Below, piece by piece: positions 22,294-32,831 of a DNA stretch of 64,000 nt; the first letter of the stretch is position 1, and each line of letters opens with the position of its first letter. The DNA is from Tetramitus jugosus (lineage: Eukaryota; Protista; Heterolobosea): positions 62,001-126,000 of the forward strand of contig OW569359.1 in assembly GCA_937625935.1 (NCBI GenBank). Reading direction: 5' to 3'. The notes below the pieces were generated by a model. The model did no database searches, was not told where the DNA came from, and worked only from the letters and a program-made list of their open reading frames with translations. The translations under genes and the position numbers were made by a program.

Positions 22294-23607
22294 TTAGTTC
22301 TTTCTCATCTGCATAACATCGTCATGCATGATACCTGAATCGAAAGAAACAGAATGGAGGAAGACCAAGCGAATTGCTGTGCAGAGTAAAGGCACACACA
22401 GTTGCAAGTGAAACAGCAACACATTGGAGACCAACACCGGATTGCCAAGCATCACACCAATGACCCATAGATTGAAGAATAGATTGGCCTTTTGGATTCC
22501 CGTAACGAGTTGAACACTTGGATAGTAGATGAGAACGAGATAATTGAGGAGGACAAAGAACCACACCATCACACTCATCAACATATGGCTTTGATATGAG
22601 CTGATGTTGGAGTCAAAGTTACTCATCAATTGTGGGAGAATACAGAGAGTAATGATAATGGGCTCAACCATGAGTATTGTCTTCCAAGTGGAGGGAGTTT
22701 CATCATTTTCTTTGTAATGATGACAAGGTTCCGAGGATAGAGACTTGAGATAATCTATATCAGACTTCGAACCTTCCTTCTTGAAAAGATCAATATCTTG
22801 GTCGATTTGTTGGCTGGACCACCCAAAAATGCCACTTCTCCTGCCCTGGTCGTTGCGGTAGTGGTCGTATAGCACACAGATGGACAGTCGCCCAGGTACA
22901 CCACTCATGAACTCTGCTCCTGCACATATTGGAAGTGCAAAAATTCCAGCAAGAAAGTAAGGGCCTCTTTCGGCCTTGGATCCAAACTTATTATCAGTAG
23001 ATTTTAAGAAGCTGAAGGATCTTGGAGGAATCAAAGATTCCTCATTGTGTCCAAAAACTCTGGCAGAGGTGCCCACAAACAAACCGAAGATGATCACTAG
23101 TTCCCACCAGACTGGCATCATGGAAGAACATAGGAGAGATAGGAGGAAAAAGGTTGTATAGCTCACAATCGCAGTAATGGTGAACTCAAGATCCTTCTCA
23201 CGGTTACCCTTTCTTTCACAAAACAAAATGATTACTTGGAGGATCACAGCAAGCAGAGGTAATGTTGAGATTCCAAAACAGACGTAGTTGCCAAGAGTGA
23301 ACCAAGGGAGGAGGTAGTCGCCGAGAACAAACCAACAGAAGTAGTTGCTGAGAGAAAACCAACAGAATGTATCCGAGACAAAGGAGATATCATGAAACTT
23401 CTTGGAACAAGGGCTTTCATGGTAGGTTTTGTAGATTAGGTACTGAGCTTTGAAGTTTTGGAGACCAAAGTTCTTTCTGATGAACAGAACGTCAGGAACC
23501 GAGATGATTTTGGCAACATCATTGGATAAAATGGAAGAAGTGATATAGATGGCAACACTTGACATGACAAGAGCAGAAAAACACACGAGAATAACAGTTA
23601 GTATCAT
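22294..23607 (-). CDS. Mpo1/DUF962-like membrane protein (long paralog B)
   Basis: Paralog of 19356..20597 with a near-identical C-terminal part. Confidence 0.55.
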   Translation of the reverse strand: MILTVILVCFSALVMSSVAIYITSSILSNDVAKIISVPDVLFIRKNFGLQNFKAQYLIYKTYHESPCSKKFHDISFVSDTFCWFSLSNYFCWFVLGDYLLPWFTLGNYVCFGISTLPLLAVILQVIILFCERKGNREKDLEFTITAIVSYTTFFLLSLLCSSMMPVWWELVIIFGLFVGTSARVFGHNEESLIPPRSFSFLKSTDNKFGSKAERGPYFLAGIFALPICAGAEFMSGVPGRLSICVLYDHYRNDQGRRSGIFGWSSQQIDQDIDLFKKEGSKSDIDYLKSLSSEPCHHYKENDETPSTWKTILMVEPIIITLCILPQLMSNFDSNISSYQSHMLMSVMVWFFVLLNYLVLIYYPSVQLVTGIQKANLFFNLWVIGVMLGNPVLVSNVLLFHLQLCVPLLCTAIRLVFLHSVSFDSGIMHDDVMQMRKN

Positions 23608-24009
23608 CTTATAGATTGGTTGGGTGTTTAGTTGTTTGTTGTGGTCTAGAGTTGAAAATGAAACCAGCATTTATTGTTCAGAAGTGCAGGACTTCCTTCG
23701 TTTCGGACCGGTTCCTGCGATCCTTAAAATGATTCGCATGATATCCCGCTATGTCCCCGGAAAAAAGAAGAAAAATCCGCAATACACAACACTCTGGTAC
23801 ACATTTCTGATCCGCTATTGATGTTGGAAACACCACTTTCAGAACCGTGGCACCTGTGAAAGTTTCCAATCTACCAGTACAAACCAAGGACTTTCCCAAT
23901 TCAGTAAAAGTGACCTCAACACGAAATCCCGAGATATCGATACACTCACCCATTTCATGACACATTTTCAACTACACCCTTCTATTCAAACTGAACTACT
24001 CTTCAAAAA

Positions 24010-24555
24010 ATGAAACCAATCATTCTTCAAGACCCTCAAAGTTTCTCAAACAGTACCACCTCTATTGTCCTTAACTTGGTTGCCATGACCATATTGGGTG
24101 TGGCGCTGTGCAAGGGTGTGCAAAAGATGAGTCACGAAGAATCATCATCCACTCTCAAAGGACGAGTTCCTTCCTTCTGGCTCAAAATATTCAAGCCTGA
24201 ATTGCCAATTGTTGGATTTACTGTTCTCTATTGGCTCTTCTTCGGAAACCATTTCCACATGACTTCATTTGGCAAAGAAATCAATGCAAATGATCAGTAC
24301 ACCCTGTCAATGCTGGCTGGAGTCACTCTATCCTATGTTGGATTCTTCTACTACGAGGTGCTCAAACAAGAACATCTGGGACTCATGGTAATGTTTCAAC
24401 GAGCTGCACTTATCAGCGACTTGGTCATCATCATTCTCACTCTGTTGAACCAAGGAATATTCGCTTCTCCCTTCATATTTCACACTCAGTTGTCAATGGC
24501 TGTCTTCTGGACAGTTGTTCGATTGGTTTTTCTGAAGTCATCTGTCAAGTCATGA
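24010..24555 (+). CDS. Small membrane protein homologous to the C-terminal domain of the long paralogs (short paralog 1)
   Basis: FHTQLSMAVFWTVVRLVFLKS vs FHLQLCVPLLCTAIRLVFLHS; near-identical to 30919..31464. Confidence 0.7.
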   Translation: MKPIILQDPQSFSNSTTSIVLNLVAMTILGVALCKGVQKMSHEESSSTLKGRVPSFWLKIFKPELPIVGFTVLYWLFFGNHFHMTSFGKEINANDQYTLSMLAGVTLSYVGFFYYEVLKQEHLGLMVMFQRAALISDLVIIILTLLNQGIFASPFIFHTQLSMAVFWTVVRLVFLKSSVKS

Positions 24556-24905
24556 GCAAAGAACAAGAAGACACAACACAAACAAAATGAAATTTTATCA
24601 TGACAACACAAGACCAAATTGCATTCCAACTCCAAGTGTATGTTGTGGGATTTTCATCATTTCCTTCCTTGAAATTTTCGGTATTCATTACCGAATGAGG
24701 AAAACAAGGGTTACCCAAATTACTGCTCCTTCCCAAAAAGGATTTTTTCGTTTTGGTTGCGGATATCCTATGTATTGCATGTTAGTGATCAACCACCTTT
24801 CTTCCATTGACGTATTGATGCCGGGAAGTGGATGAAGCGAATCCTGCTTGAAGATAATTGCTCCGTAATTTCATTTTCAATCCCGGTCAGTTCAACACTG
24901 ACAAG

Positions 24906-26146
24906 ATGATTCAAACTGCTCTTCTCGTGTGTTTTTCTGCTCTGGTAATGACAAGTATTGCCATCTATATCACTTCTTCCATGTTATCCAAGGATGTTGC
25001 CAAGATCATCTCTGTTCCTGACGTTCTGTTCATCAGAAAGAATTTTGGTCTCCAAAACTTCAAGACGCAATACCTAATTTATAGAGCATACCACACTAGT
25101 CCTATCTCCAAGGTGTTGCATGATTTATCCTTCTTCTCTGATGTTTTCTGCTGGTATTCTCTTGGCAATTACATATCATTTGGAATCTCTGTATTGTCTC
25201 TGTTTGTGATGATAATCCAAGTCGTGGTGCTGTGTTGGGAAAGAAGGGGTACCCTATGAAGGATCTTCTGTTTTCCATTACCGTGGTTGTGATCTATTCA
25301 AGTATATTCTTTCTTTCTCTCCATTGGTTAATGAGATGGGAATTGATCATCATCAGTTTGCTAGTCGGTACCTTGGCCAGAGTGTTTGGCCACAACGAAG
25401 AGCCTTTTATTCCTCCAATGTCCTTCAGCTCGTCAGACAATACTGACAAGAAATTTGGACCCAAAGCCGAAAGGAATCCTTACTTTCTTGCTGGAATTTT
25501 CGCGCTTCCAATATGTGCAGGAGCAGAGTTCATGAGTGGTGTTCCCGGAAGACTGCTCATCTGCACTGTTTACGACTACTACACGAGGCACTTGGAAAGT
25601 GACATCTTCGGGTTAACCAGCCAACAAATCGAGGAAGATTTAACTGACTTCAAGGAGCAAGGTTTGAGCACGAAAGTTGATGAGATTGGGTGTCTATCCA
25701 CTTTGGAGCCTGGTCATCATTACAGATCGGATGATGAAATTTCCTCTTATTGGAAGGCGATGTTCATGGTTGAGCCCATTATCATTACTCTCTGTATTCT
25801 CCCACAATTGATGAGTAACTTTGACTCCAACATCAGCTCATATCAAAATTTGATGTTGTTGAGTGTGATGGTGTGGTTCTTTGTCCTCCTCAATTATCTC
25901 GTTCTCATCTACTATCCAAGTGTTCAACTCGTTACGGGAATCCAAAAGGCCAATCTATTCTTCAATCTATGGGTCATTGGTGTGATGCTTGGCAATTCAG
26001 TGTTGGTCTCCAATGTGTTGCTGTTTCACTTGCAACTGTGTGTGCCTCTACTCTGCACAGCAATTCGTTTGATTTTCCTCCATTCTGTTGCTTTCGATTC
26101 AGGTATCATGCACAAAGATGTCATGCAGATAAGAATAATCAACTAA
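24906..26146 (+). pseudogene. Long membrane paralog C with a 1-nt frameshift near 25255 (pseudogene or sequence error)
   Basis: ORFs 24906-25259 and 25232-26146 align consecutively to paralogs A/B. Confidence 0.7.
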
Positions 26147-26273
26147 CAGCCGATCGGTTGTGGGAAGTCCATCGTGGTTGACCTGCGTTCCACCCGCATC
26201 TCAACCGGGGAAATCTTGTAATTAAAAGGCTCCTCCTTCCCATGTTGTATAAATTGACTGTTATGATTTCATG

Positions 26274-27136
26274 TCAAACAAAACTGTGAGATCCGAAGGT
26301 TTTACAGCAGGAGATACTGTTTATCAAGAAAGAATCTCTTCTCCAAGGAATCTTCTGTAATCGTTTCATCGTCAATGGATCATATTCTTGTTCGTCTGAT
26401 TCGTCAGTTACATAAGTACTGCTGTCTGGAATATTCTGGTTTAATGGATATCTCATTGTCTCCCAATACCCGTGTGTATATATCGCGGCCAAATCCACTA
26501 TGACCGACAATACTATTATTCAACTTTCCATAGTCAGGTGGTTTGAAGTAGCTATTATGCAATATCATAGCTGTCGAGTAAGGAACTACCTTTTCTTATG
26601 CTATTGGTGCAGTAAGTGTTTTGTTTGGAAACCAATTTAAAGCGTCGATAAATATTCCTTTTGACATCTCTGCTAGAAGATCATCCATCAAACTTAGTTG
26701 TTCTCCTGTTTTGTTTACCGCCAAACTTGAGATAAAACGATGCAAATGCTCTTAGCGAGTTAGTGTATGGTTTCCTTGATCCCAGATTAGGAGAAGAAAC
26801 AAGAGTTACTCCAACTGGTGTCAATCTGGGACGAAAGAATGTATCCTCATACAATAACTTGATAACATAACGAGAGATCAACCCTCCTCATAAATGACCA
26901 CATACACTAAACAGTATATTCCTGTATTTTGCGAGATGTAAATAGAAGAACGATCTTATTTCATCAAACAAGCGTTCTACCCAAATATCTATTCCACAAT
27001 CTGTCCCTCTCGCAGTGACAGCAGAGTTCAATATATGAACACCTGGAATAGCGTGATTCAATGCCAATCTAAGGGTTTCCATATGGTCTGGCGAAGCGAA
27101 GTTTCCATGAGCAAGGACTGTAAAGTAAGTGATCAT
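26274..27136 (-). pseudogene. DUF676 putative serine esterase/lipase pseudogene
   Basis: VLAHGNFAS, TDCGIDIWVERLFDEI, GHL*GGLISRY (nucleophile elbow destroyed), TLVSSPNLGS, frameshifted KTGEQLSLMD..IA*EKVVPYSTA. Confidence 0.75.
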
Positions 27137-27194
27137 TTGCGACCAACAGGTGTTTGATGTACAATATCTTGGAAATCCTGTTTTAATGTCTTCA

Positions 27195-27419
27195 TTATCT
27201 ACAGATACACCCATACTCTATCTCTCGTTGTTTACACCATTGTATTGCTGCTTCAAATCCTTCGTTGGTGTTCGGAAAGCTTTTTGTTTTCCCTTCACGA
27301 CCGATTCTTGCAGACACATATGCTGATTTGTGTTTAGGTCTGACGACACATACACCTTTGACACCGCTGGTATTGTCACTGCGCATTCTTGTATTTGTGA
27401 CGTTTACGCTCTGAGGCAC
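27195..27419 (-). pseudogene. AP2-domain remnant of an HNH-AP2 endonuclease-like gene
   Basis: N..N.R.RSDNTSGVKGV...ARI...GK.KSF...EAAI.W; no ATG and no intact HNH. Confidence 0.55.
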
Positions 27420-28139
27420 TCTAGCTGTGCATTTGTTTTACAGAGAAAATACCGCACAAATTAACAAACATGTCAACATCAATAATACTGAAAGTGTTAA
27501 TCCAACTCTGTTTGGTTACCATACTGTTCGTATATATATTCTCTTACAAACAACTATTGAATTTGCATGAATACCAGATCACAAGAGAAGCGACTTTGGA
27601 AGAACAGGAGACTATTTCACAGATTGTCTGTGATCTTACTATACTTCATCTGAATACAGAAAAGAGGTAACACATCAGCTCTATTCATCAACACGTTGAA
27701 TATTTTGGCAATGAATTTACGAAGAAATCTCGCGACACAATAATAGCAAAGATGTCTTTAGATTGTGTGTCTCGTTTCCAAGAAGTTACATTCGATGCAA
27801 CATATCTTTACAGCATGGATTAAGTCTGCATGGATATGCTCCGTACTTTTCAAGAATTGCTGGATCGATGGAAGTCTTTCTCAAACCATCTGTTCGATCT
27901 GAGTGAATTCCTGAATGACATTATTTGATACTGTAGACTGATATTTGGTAACAATTGCATGATTAACTTCTGGCAAAGTTGCAGTAAACACAGAACAAAC
28001 ATTCTCACAACAAACGAATGAACAAGATCACCAACAATGCCAGCTTCTTAGTATTGAGAATATAATCACTCTGGTAAAACAATAGTGGTGATGAGGTTGA
28101 TCCCATGCCAGAACTTTACGGTGGTGTATTTTGTGATAA

Positions 28140-29021
28140 TTAGTTGAACTCAGCGTTCAGAGCTGAATCATCATCGCCCTTCAGAACATCGCTTAACACT
28201 ACATCAAGATCTTCAATAAATTGCTCATGTTCCTCCAATGTAGGTGCAAACTTCTTACCTGCAATGTTTCTTAAAGCAATTTCTACTTCTTCTTCACTCA
28301 ACTCCATAAGCAATGATTCGAGGTAGCTCGGTTCATAATTCACACCTGACTCAAGATGTTTCCTAATGTCGTTATATATAGATGGATGATATCTATACAT
28401 TAACTCAAAAACTTTGCTTCTAACACAGTAAACAGATGCCGCCAATTTTTCGTAATCAAGATGTTGGAGTGTCTCACTCACAGACGAATCAGAGATTGAT
28501 AATGAGCAGATCAAGTGGTTATCTTTTTCTGGAAATATAGATACATCAACTGCCAACTTGAGCACGCTCTCGCCAAACATGAACTCGTAAACGCGTCTCT
28601 GCACTTGAAACTCAGCCACTCTCGCCAATAAAGATATGTCTATAGGACAATAACTCTTTAACACTTCTAATGAATCGGCGTCGATCTTTCTATACTTAAT
28701 ACCCCTAAACATACTTTCAACATTATCCTTTAAGCCATATCTACCATTCACTTCTTTCAACCATATGTTATGCTCCTTCATCAATCGAAAATCTTCCGTG
28801 TCCAAAAAGTATTCAGTATAGGTATTAGTTGTTGGCTTGAGTGATAATAGAATCGAAATGAGCCAGTCAGGAAGACCAAACCTGTACTTTTGAATGGAGG
28901 AAGTGTTTGTAGTGGTTTCCCTTTGCTGACTAGTGATAGTGACGAAGTCATCCCAGCTTTTAGGAAGACTTGCTTTGGTGATTATGTGTTGAATTCGCAC
29001 GGGTTTGCTATGTCCTGCCAT
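28140..29021 (-). CDS. Divergent CYTH/triphosphate-tunnel-like protein
   Basis: EYFLDTEDFRL...IWLK...YGLK; VAEFQVQRRVY; LAVD; canonical ExExK not seen. Confidence 0.5.
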   Translation of the reverse strand: MAGHSKPVRIQHIITKASLPKSWDDFVTITSQQRETTTNTSSIQKYRFGLPDWLISILLSLKPTTNTYTEYFLDTEDFRLMKEHNIWLKEVNGRYGLKDNVESMFRGIKYRKIDADSLEVLKSYCPIDISLLARVAEFQVQRRVYEFMFGESVLKLAVDVSIFPEKDNHLICSLSISDSSVSETLQHLDYEKLAASVYCVRSKVFELMYRYHPSIYNDIRKHLESGVNYEPSYLESLLMELSEEEVEIALRNIAGKKFAPTLEEHEQFIEDLDVVLSDVLKGDDDSALNAEFN

Positions 29022-29391
29022 TGTTGTTGTTTTTGTCCGTTACACAATTTTGATTGGCTAATTATGCATCATACGCTTCAACAGTTTGCTGCTGCGATTC
29101 AACATGGTTGTGCTCGTGGTACTATCTATGATGCTACTAGGACTACGAAGAAGAATTGACCCCTCCGGTATCAAGAGATTGATGATCGTTAGTAATTCCA
29201 AGTGCAACGTAAATAGTTCAGGATTGAATGAATTGGTTTCATACAATGATAATGAAAGGAATTGGAACAACTACAGGTTACTTCAGATTGGCAAAACAGA
29301 GCTGCAATTGGAAGCAGGAAGAATTCCAAAAGTCTACAACGGTGCTGAAGACGAGTTGCCGAGATTACTTTTAAGCTTTAAATCATACGTA

Positions 29392-30745
29392 TTTTTTTTT
29401 CCATACAACCATGCGCAAGCACACGATTGCTCATTTATTGACTTCAGCTGAAGCAGATTGTTGTGACTTCAGCTGAAGCACACGATTGCTCATTTATTGA
29501 CTTGTTTTGTGAGTGACTACCCGTAGGGCGTCATTCACTCTTCTTCTCGTGTTGTCCCCGACGGTGGACCACAGGTTGGAAGAATCACTCTGGTGAGTGG
29601 TTTGGTTGATGCCCTTCATCAAAGGGTGTAACCTTGTAGTAGGACCGTCAATGGACACAGAGCCATCTGTTGTTGGTTTCTTGTTTTGGGCCTTGTTGCT
29701 CATCAGATCACCCAGTGTGATCCTAGCACTCCTCTTCTTGTTGTCATTGAGTTGTGGACTTTGAATCTCCTTTTCGGAGTCGTCCACATCCACAATGACT
29801 GGTTCGTCCTCAGTCAAACCATACCTTTTGCGTGCAGCAGCCAGCTCCATTGCAGCAATTTCCTTTTTCACCCTGGCGAACACTGGAGAAGTGGCATTCA
29901 CTTGCTCCAGAATTCACCGGTTCTCCGTACTGAGCTGCACAACAGGCACTGATGGCAGTGGTGTTGCTACAGTCCTCTGTTCTAGTGGCTCCCATAGCTC
30001 AGTAGCAGTGCTTTGGGCAACTTCTTGTTCCGGTATTGGAACCGGTTTGTTGCCCACTTGACCCTTTGTCTTTCCCAATTCCTTGGTGAGTTCTGTGACC
30101 TGTCGACGCAGTCCGTCAACCACCGTCAGCAGCTCCTCGTACATCTTTGTCAACCTCTTGTTGACAGCATTGAGAGGATCATGTGGTCTCTTGACGTATC
30201 GAGTGACCGTGGCTTTTACCTTGTTCTTTCCACTGAGCACTGCTCGTGCATAGGTTTCATCACCCATGACCACGAATGCAGTGTCACGCTTCTTGAGCAC
30301 ACTGGCAACCTTCTCAGGCCCCAGTAGCTTCTTGATGTTGTCCACTGACATGTTCTTCATGTCATGAACGACCACCTTTCTTGTGCAATCGACACTGCGC
30401 TTGGGTGCAGCAGTGCTGTTGCCAGTCCTCCTCTCTTTGTTGAAGAACTCAACACACTCATAGATGCGGTCATCCTTGACCGTCCCCCATGCAACAAAGC
30501 GTTGCTGGCCTTTCCTCTTGATGACTTGGACTCGGTTGAGCCAGTCACCAAACTCCTCTCCTATCTTTCTTGCCAAAGATGACTGAGAGACACCACCATT
30601 ACCGTTGCCAGTAATGGCGACCTCTCTGTCACTTGGCGCAGAGCCTTTCCGTGCCGTGGTCACATAACGGTTATTGCCGTATTCCTTTAAGGCCACCAAT
30701 TTTGTTGAATCACCAAATATGTGATGCCGTTTTTTTGTGTTTTTG
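29392..30745 (-). mobile_element. Near full-length ORF1-only non-autonomous non-LTR retroelement (RRM-like + coiled-coil ORF of about 400 aa, one in-frame TGA)
   Basis: Poly(A) remnant 29392-29400; candidate TSD AATCATACGTA 29381-29391 / AATGATACGTA 30746-30756; second copy at 52283-53169; ORFs 29914-30699 and 29494-29901 are in frame. Confidence 0.8.
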
Positions 30746-30785
30746 AATGATACGTAAATTAATGGTCCAGATCCGTAAAATATCA

Positions 30786-30859
30786 GCGGTTGTAGATCAG
30801 TTGGTTAGATCGTGAGCTTAACACGCTCAAGGTCGCCGGTTCGATCCCGGTCAATCGTA
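30786..30859 (+). tRNA. tRNA-Val(AAC)
   Basis: Acceptor GCGGTTG/CAATCGT; anticodon arm TGAGC-TTAACAC-GCTCA; T arm GCCGG-TTCGATC-CCGGT; downstream T run. Confidence 0.93.
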
Positions 30860-30918
30860 CATGTTTTTTCATTTTAAGGAAAGTCTCTTAGTTTAATTAC
30901 TGTTTATTCAATGGCTTC

Positions 30919-31464
30919 TTAATACGTTGCGAACCACCACAAAAACTTCACTCGAACAACTGTCCAGAAAGCAGCCATTGACAACTGAGTGTGAAATATG
31001 AAGGGAGAAGCGAATATTCCTTGGTTCACCAAAGTGAGAATGATGATGACCACATCACCAAAAAGTGCAGCTCGTTGAAACATTACCATGAGTCCCAGAT
31101 GTTTTTGTTTGAGCACCTCGTAGTAGAAGAATCCAACATAGGATAGAGTGACTCCAGCCAGCATTGACAGGGTGTACTGATCATTTGCATTGATTTCTTT
31201 GCCAAATGAAGTCATGTGGAAATGGTTTCCGAAGAAGAGCCAATAGAGAACAGTAAATCCAACAATTGGCAATTCAGGCTTGAATATTTTGAGCCAGAAG
31301 GAAGGAACTCGTCCTTTGAGAGTGGATGGAGATTCAACCTTACTCTTCTTTTTCACACTATCGCAGAGGGACACACCCAACAGTATCATAGCAAAGAAGT
31401 TTAGGACAATAGAGACGGGGCTGTTTGAGAAATTGTGGAAGTCTTTAGAAATTACAGGATTCAT
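30919..31464 (-). CDS. Small membrane protein (short paralog 2)
   Basis: 181 aa, near-identical core to 24010..24555. Confidence 0.7.
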   Translation of the reverse strand: MNPVISKDFHNFSNSPVSIVLNFFAMILLGVSLCDSVKKKSKVESPSTLKGRVPSFWLKIFKPELPIVGFTVLYWLFFGNHFHMTSFGKEINANDQYTLSMLAGVTLSYVGFFYYEVLKQKHLGLMVMFQRAALFGDVVIIILTLVNQGIFASPFIFHTQLSMAAFWTVVRVKFLWWFATY

Positions 31465-31758
31465 TATTGATAATTATTTATGTTAGAGTGTGTAGGACTG
31501 GTTTTGTGTCGTTTAGTTTGTTTTATGGAGCTACAGGTTGGCATGTTGATAAATGCTTTTATAGCCTTCCAGATTTCGGGAGGTCCCTCATTCTGAACTT
31601 TGTTTTGCAGGAGGTAAGTTGAACAACCACTTCCAGAGAACAGTTGACTTCTGACATCTTCTCGACACCCGACGGAAAAAACAGGAAAACAGGAACCGAA
31701 AAATCTCCGTTCACGAACACAAAAACACAAACAAAAAACGGAGAGAACGCAGCAGAAA

Positions 31759-32481
31759 ATGGGTGCTTGGCTATCGAAATTAACAGAATTATTTTCCTCC
31801 AAAAAATTGGAATTGTGTCTAGTCGGTCTAGAAAATGCCGGAAAAACAACATTGCTCAATGTTTTGGCCACTGGTCAATCCGTTGAGACTATTCCTACTG
31901 TTGGTCTCAATGTCAAAATGATATCAAAGGGTGGTGTAAAGATGAAGGGTATGTTGTTTTTTTACATGTATATTCACGAAGGTTGTGAATCTGTCTGATA
32001 TCACGACAAGAACAACAGTGATAGTCATGTGAAAGCTATCTTGTTTTTTTGTTTGCTTGTTGTTGTTGTTCAGTCATGTTTTTGACACTGTGATCTCACT
32101 GAATTGTTTTTTTTGGTTGTCGTAGTTTGGGATTTGGCGGGACAAGCACGGTTTAGGCGCGAATGGGTTCGGTATACAGCAAACAGTGATGTCGTGTTGT
32201 TCGTGGTGGATGCCTCTGATGCGAACACGAATCGGATTGCAATGGCGAAAAAAGAGTTGCATCAATTGTTGGAAGATGAAAATTTGAGTCAGACACCATT
32301 GCTCGTGATTTTGAACAAGGTTGACTTGGGCGCAAAATTCTCCAATAATGAAATTATTGGACTATTGAATTTGGATTATATTGATACGAGGAGGAATCCA
32401 TGGGCAATTGCTTCCATTTCTGCACTGAAGCAAACGAACATTAGTGATGTTGTCGATTGGTTGTTGAGTCATTCGAAGTAA
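31759..32481 (+). CDS. ARF-like GTPase, ARL8-like; intron 31949-32125
   Basis: MG N-terminus, LVGLENAGKTT, TIPTVGLN, K|VWDLAGQARFRREWVRY, NKVDL, ISA. Confidence 0.9.
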
Positions 32482-32831
32482 CAAAGCAATCACAATTCTC
32501 GTTGTGTGAATGAAATCGAATGTGATTGTTTCATGTCTGCAATGCTATGAGGCAGCCAATACCTTTGCTGCGTATTTGAGTGGCTCTACATTGAATAATA
32601 ATTATTAGTTTGTGAAGAATATAGTGCAGCACACGGCCGTGTCACCCGTGAAGGAGCTCCTGCTGTAATTGTTCATAGCTTGTACAAGATATAAACACAA
32701 AATTTGTTGATGTGATATGAACAACGCAATCTATGTGATTTCTATGTTTGTTCGAGTGGATGAGTATTTACATTAGTGGTGACGAAGTCGAGTTACTTGT
32801 GTGTTCGAGACAAATCTCATGACTAATATGA

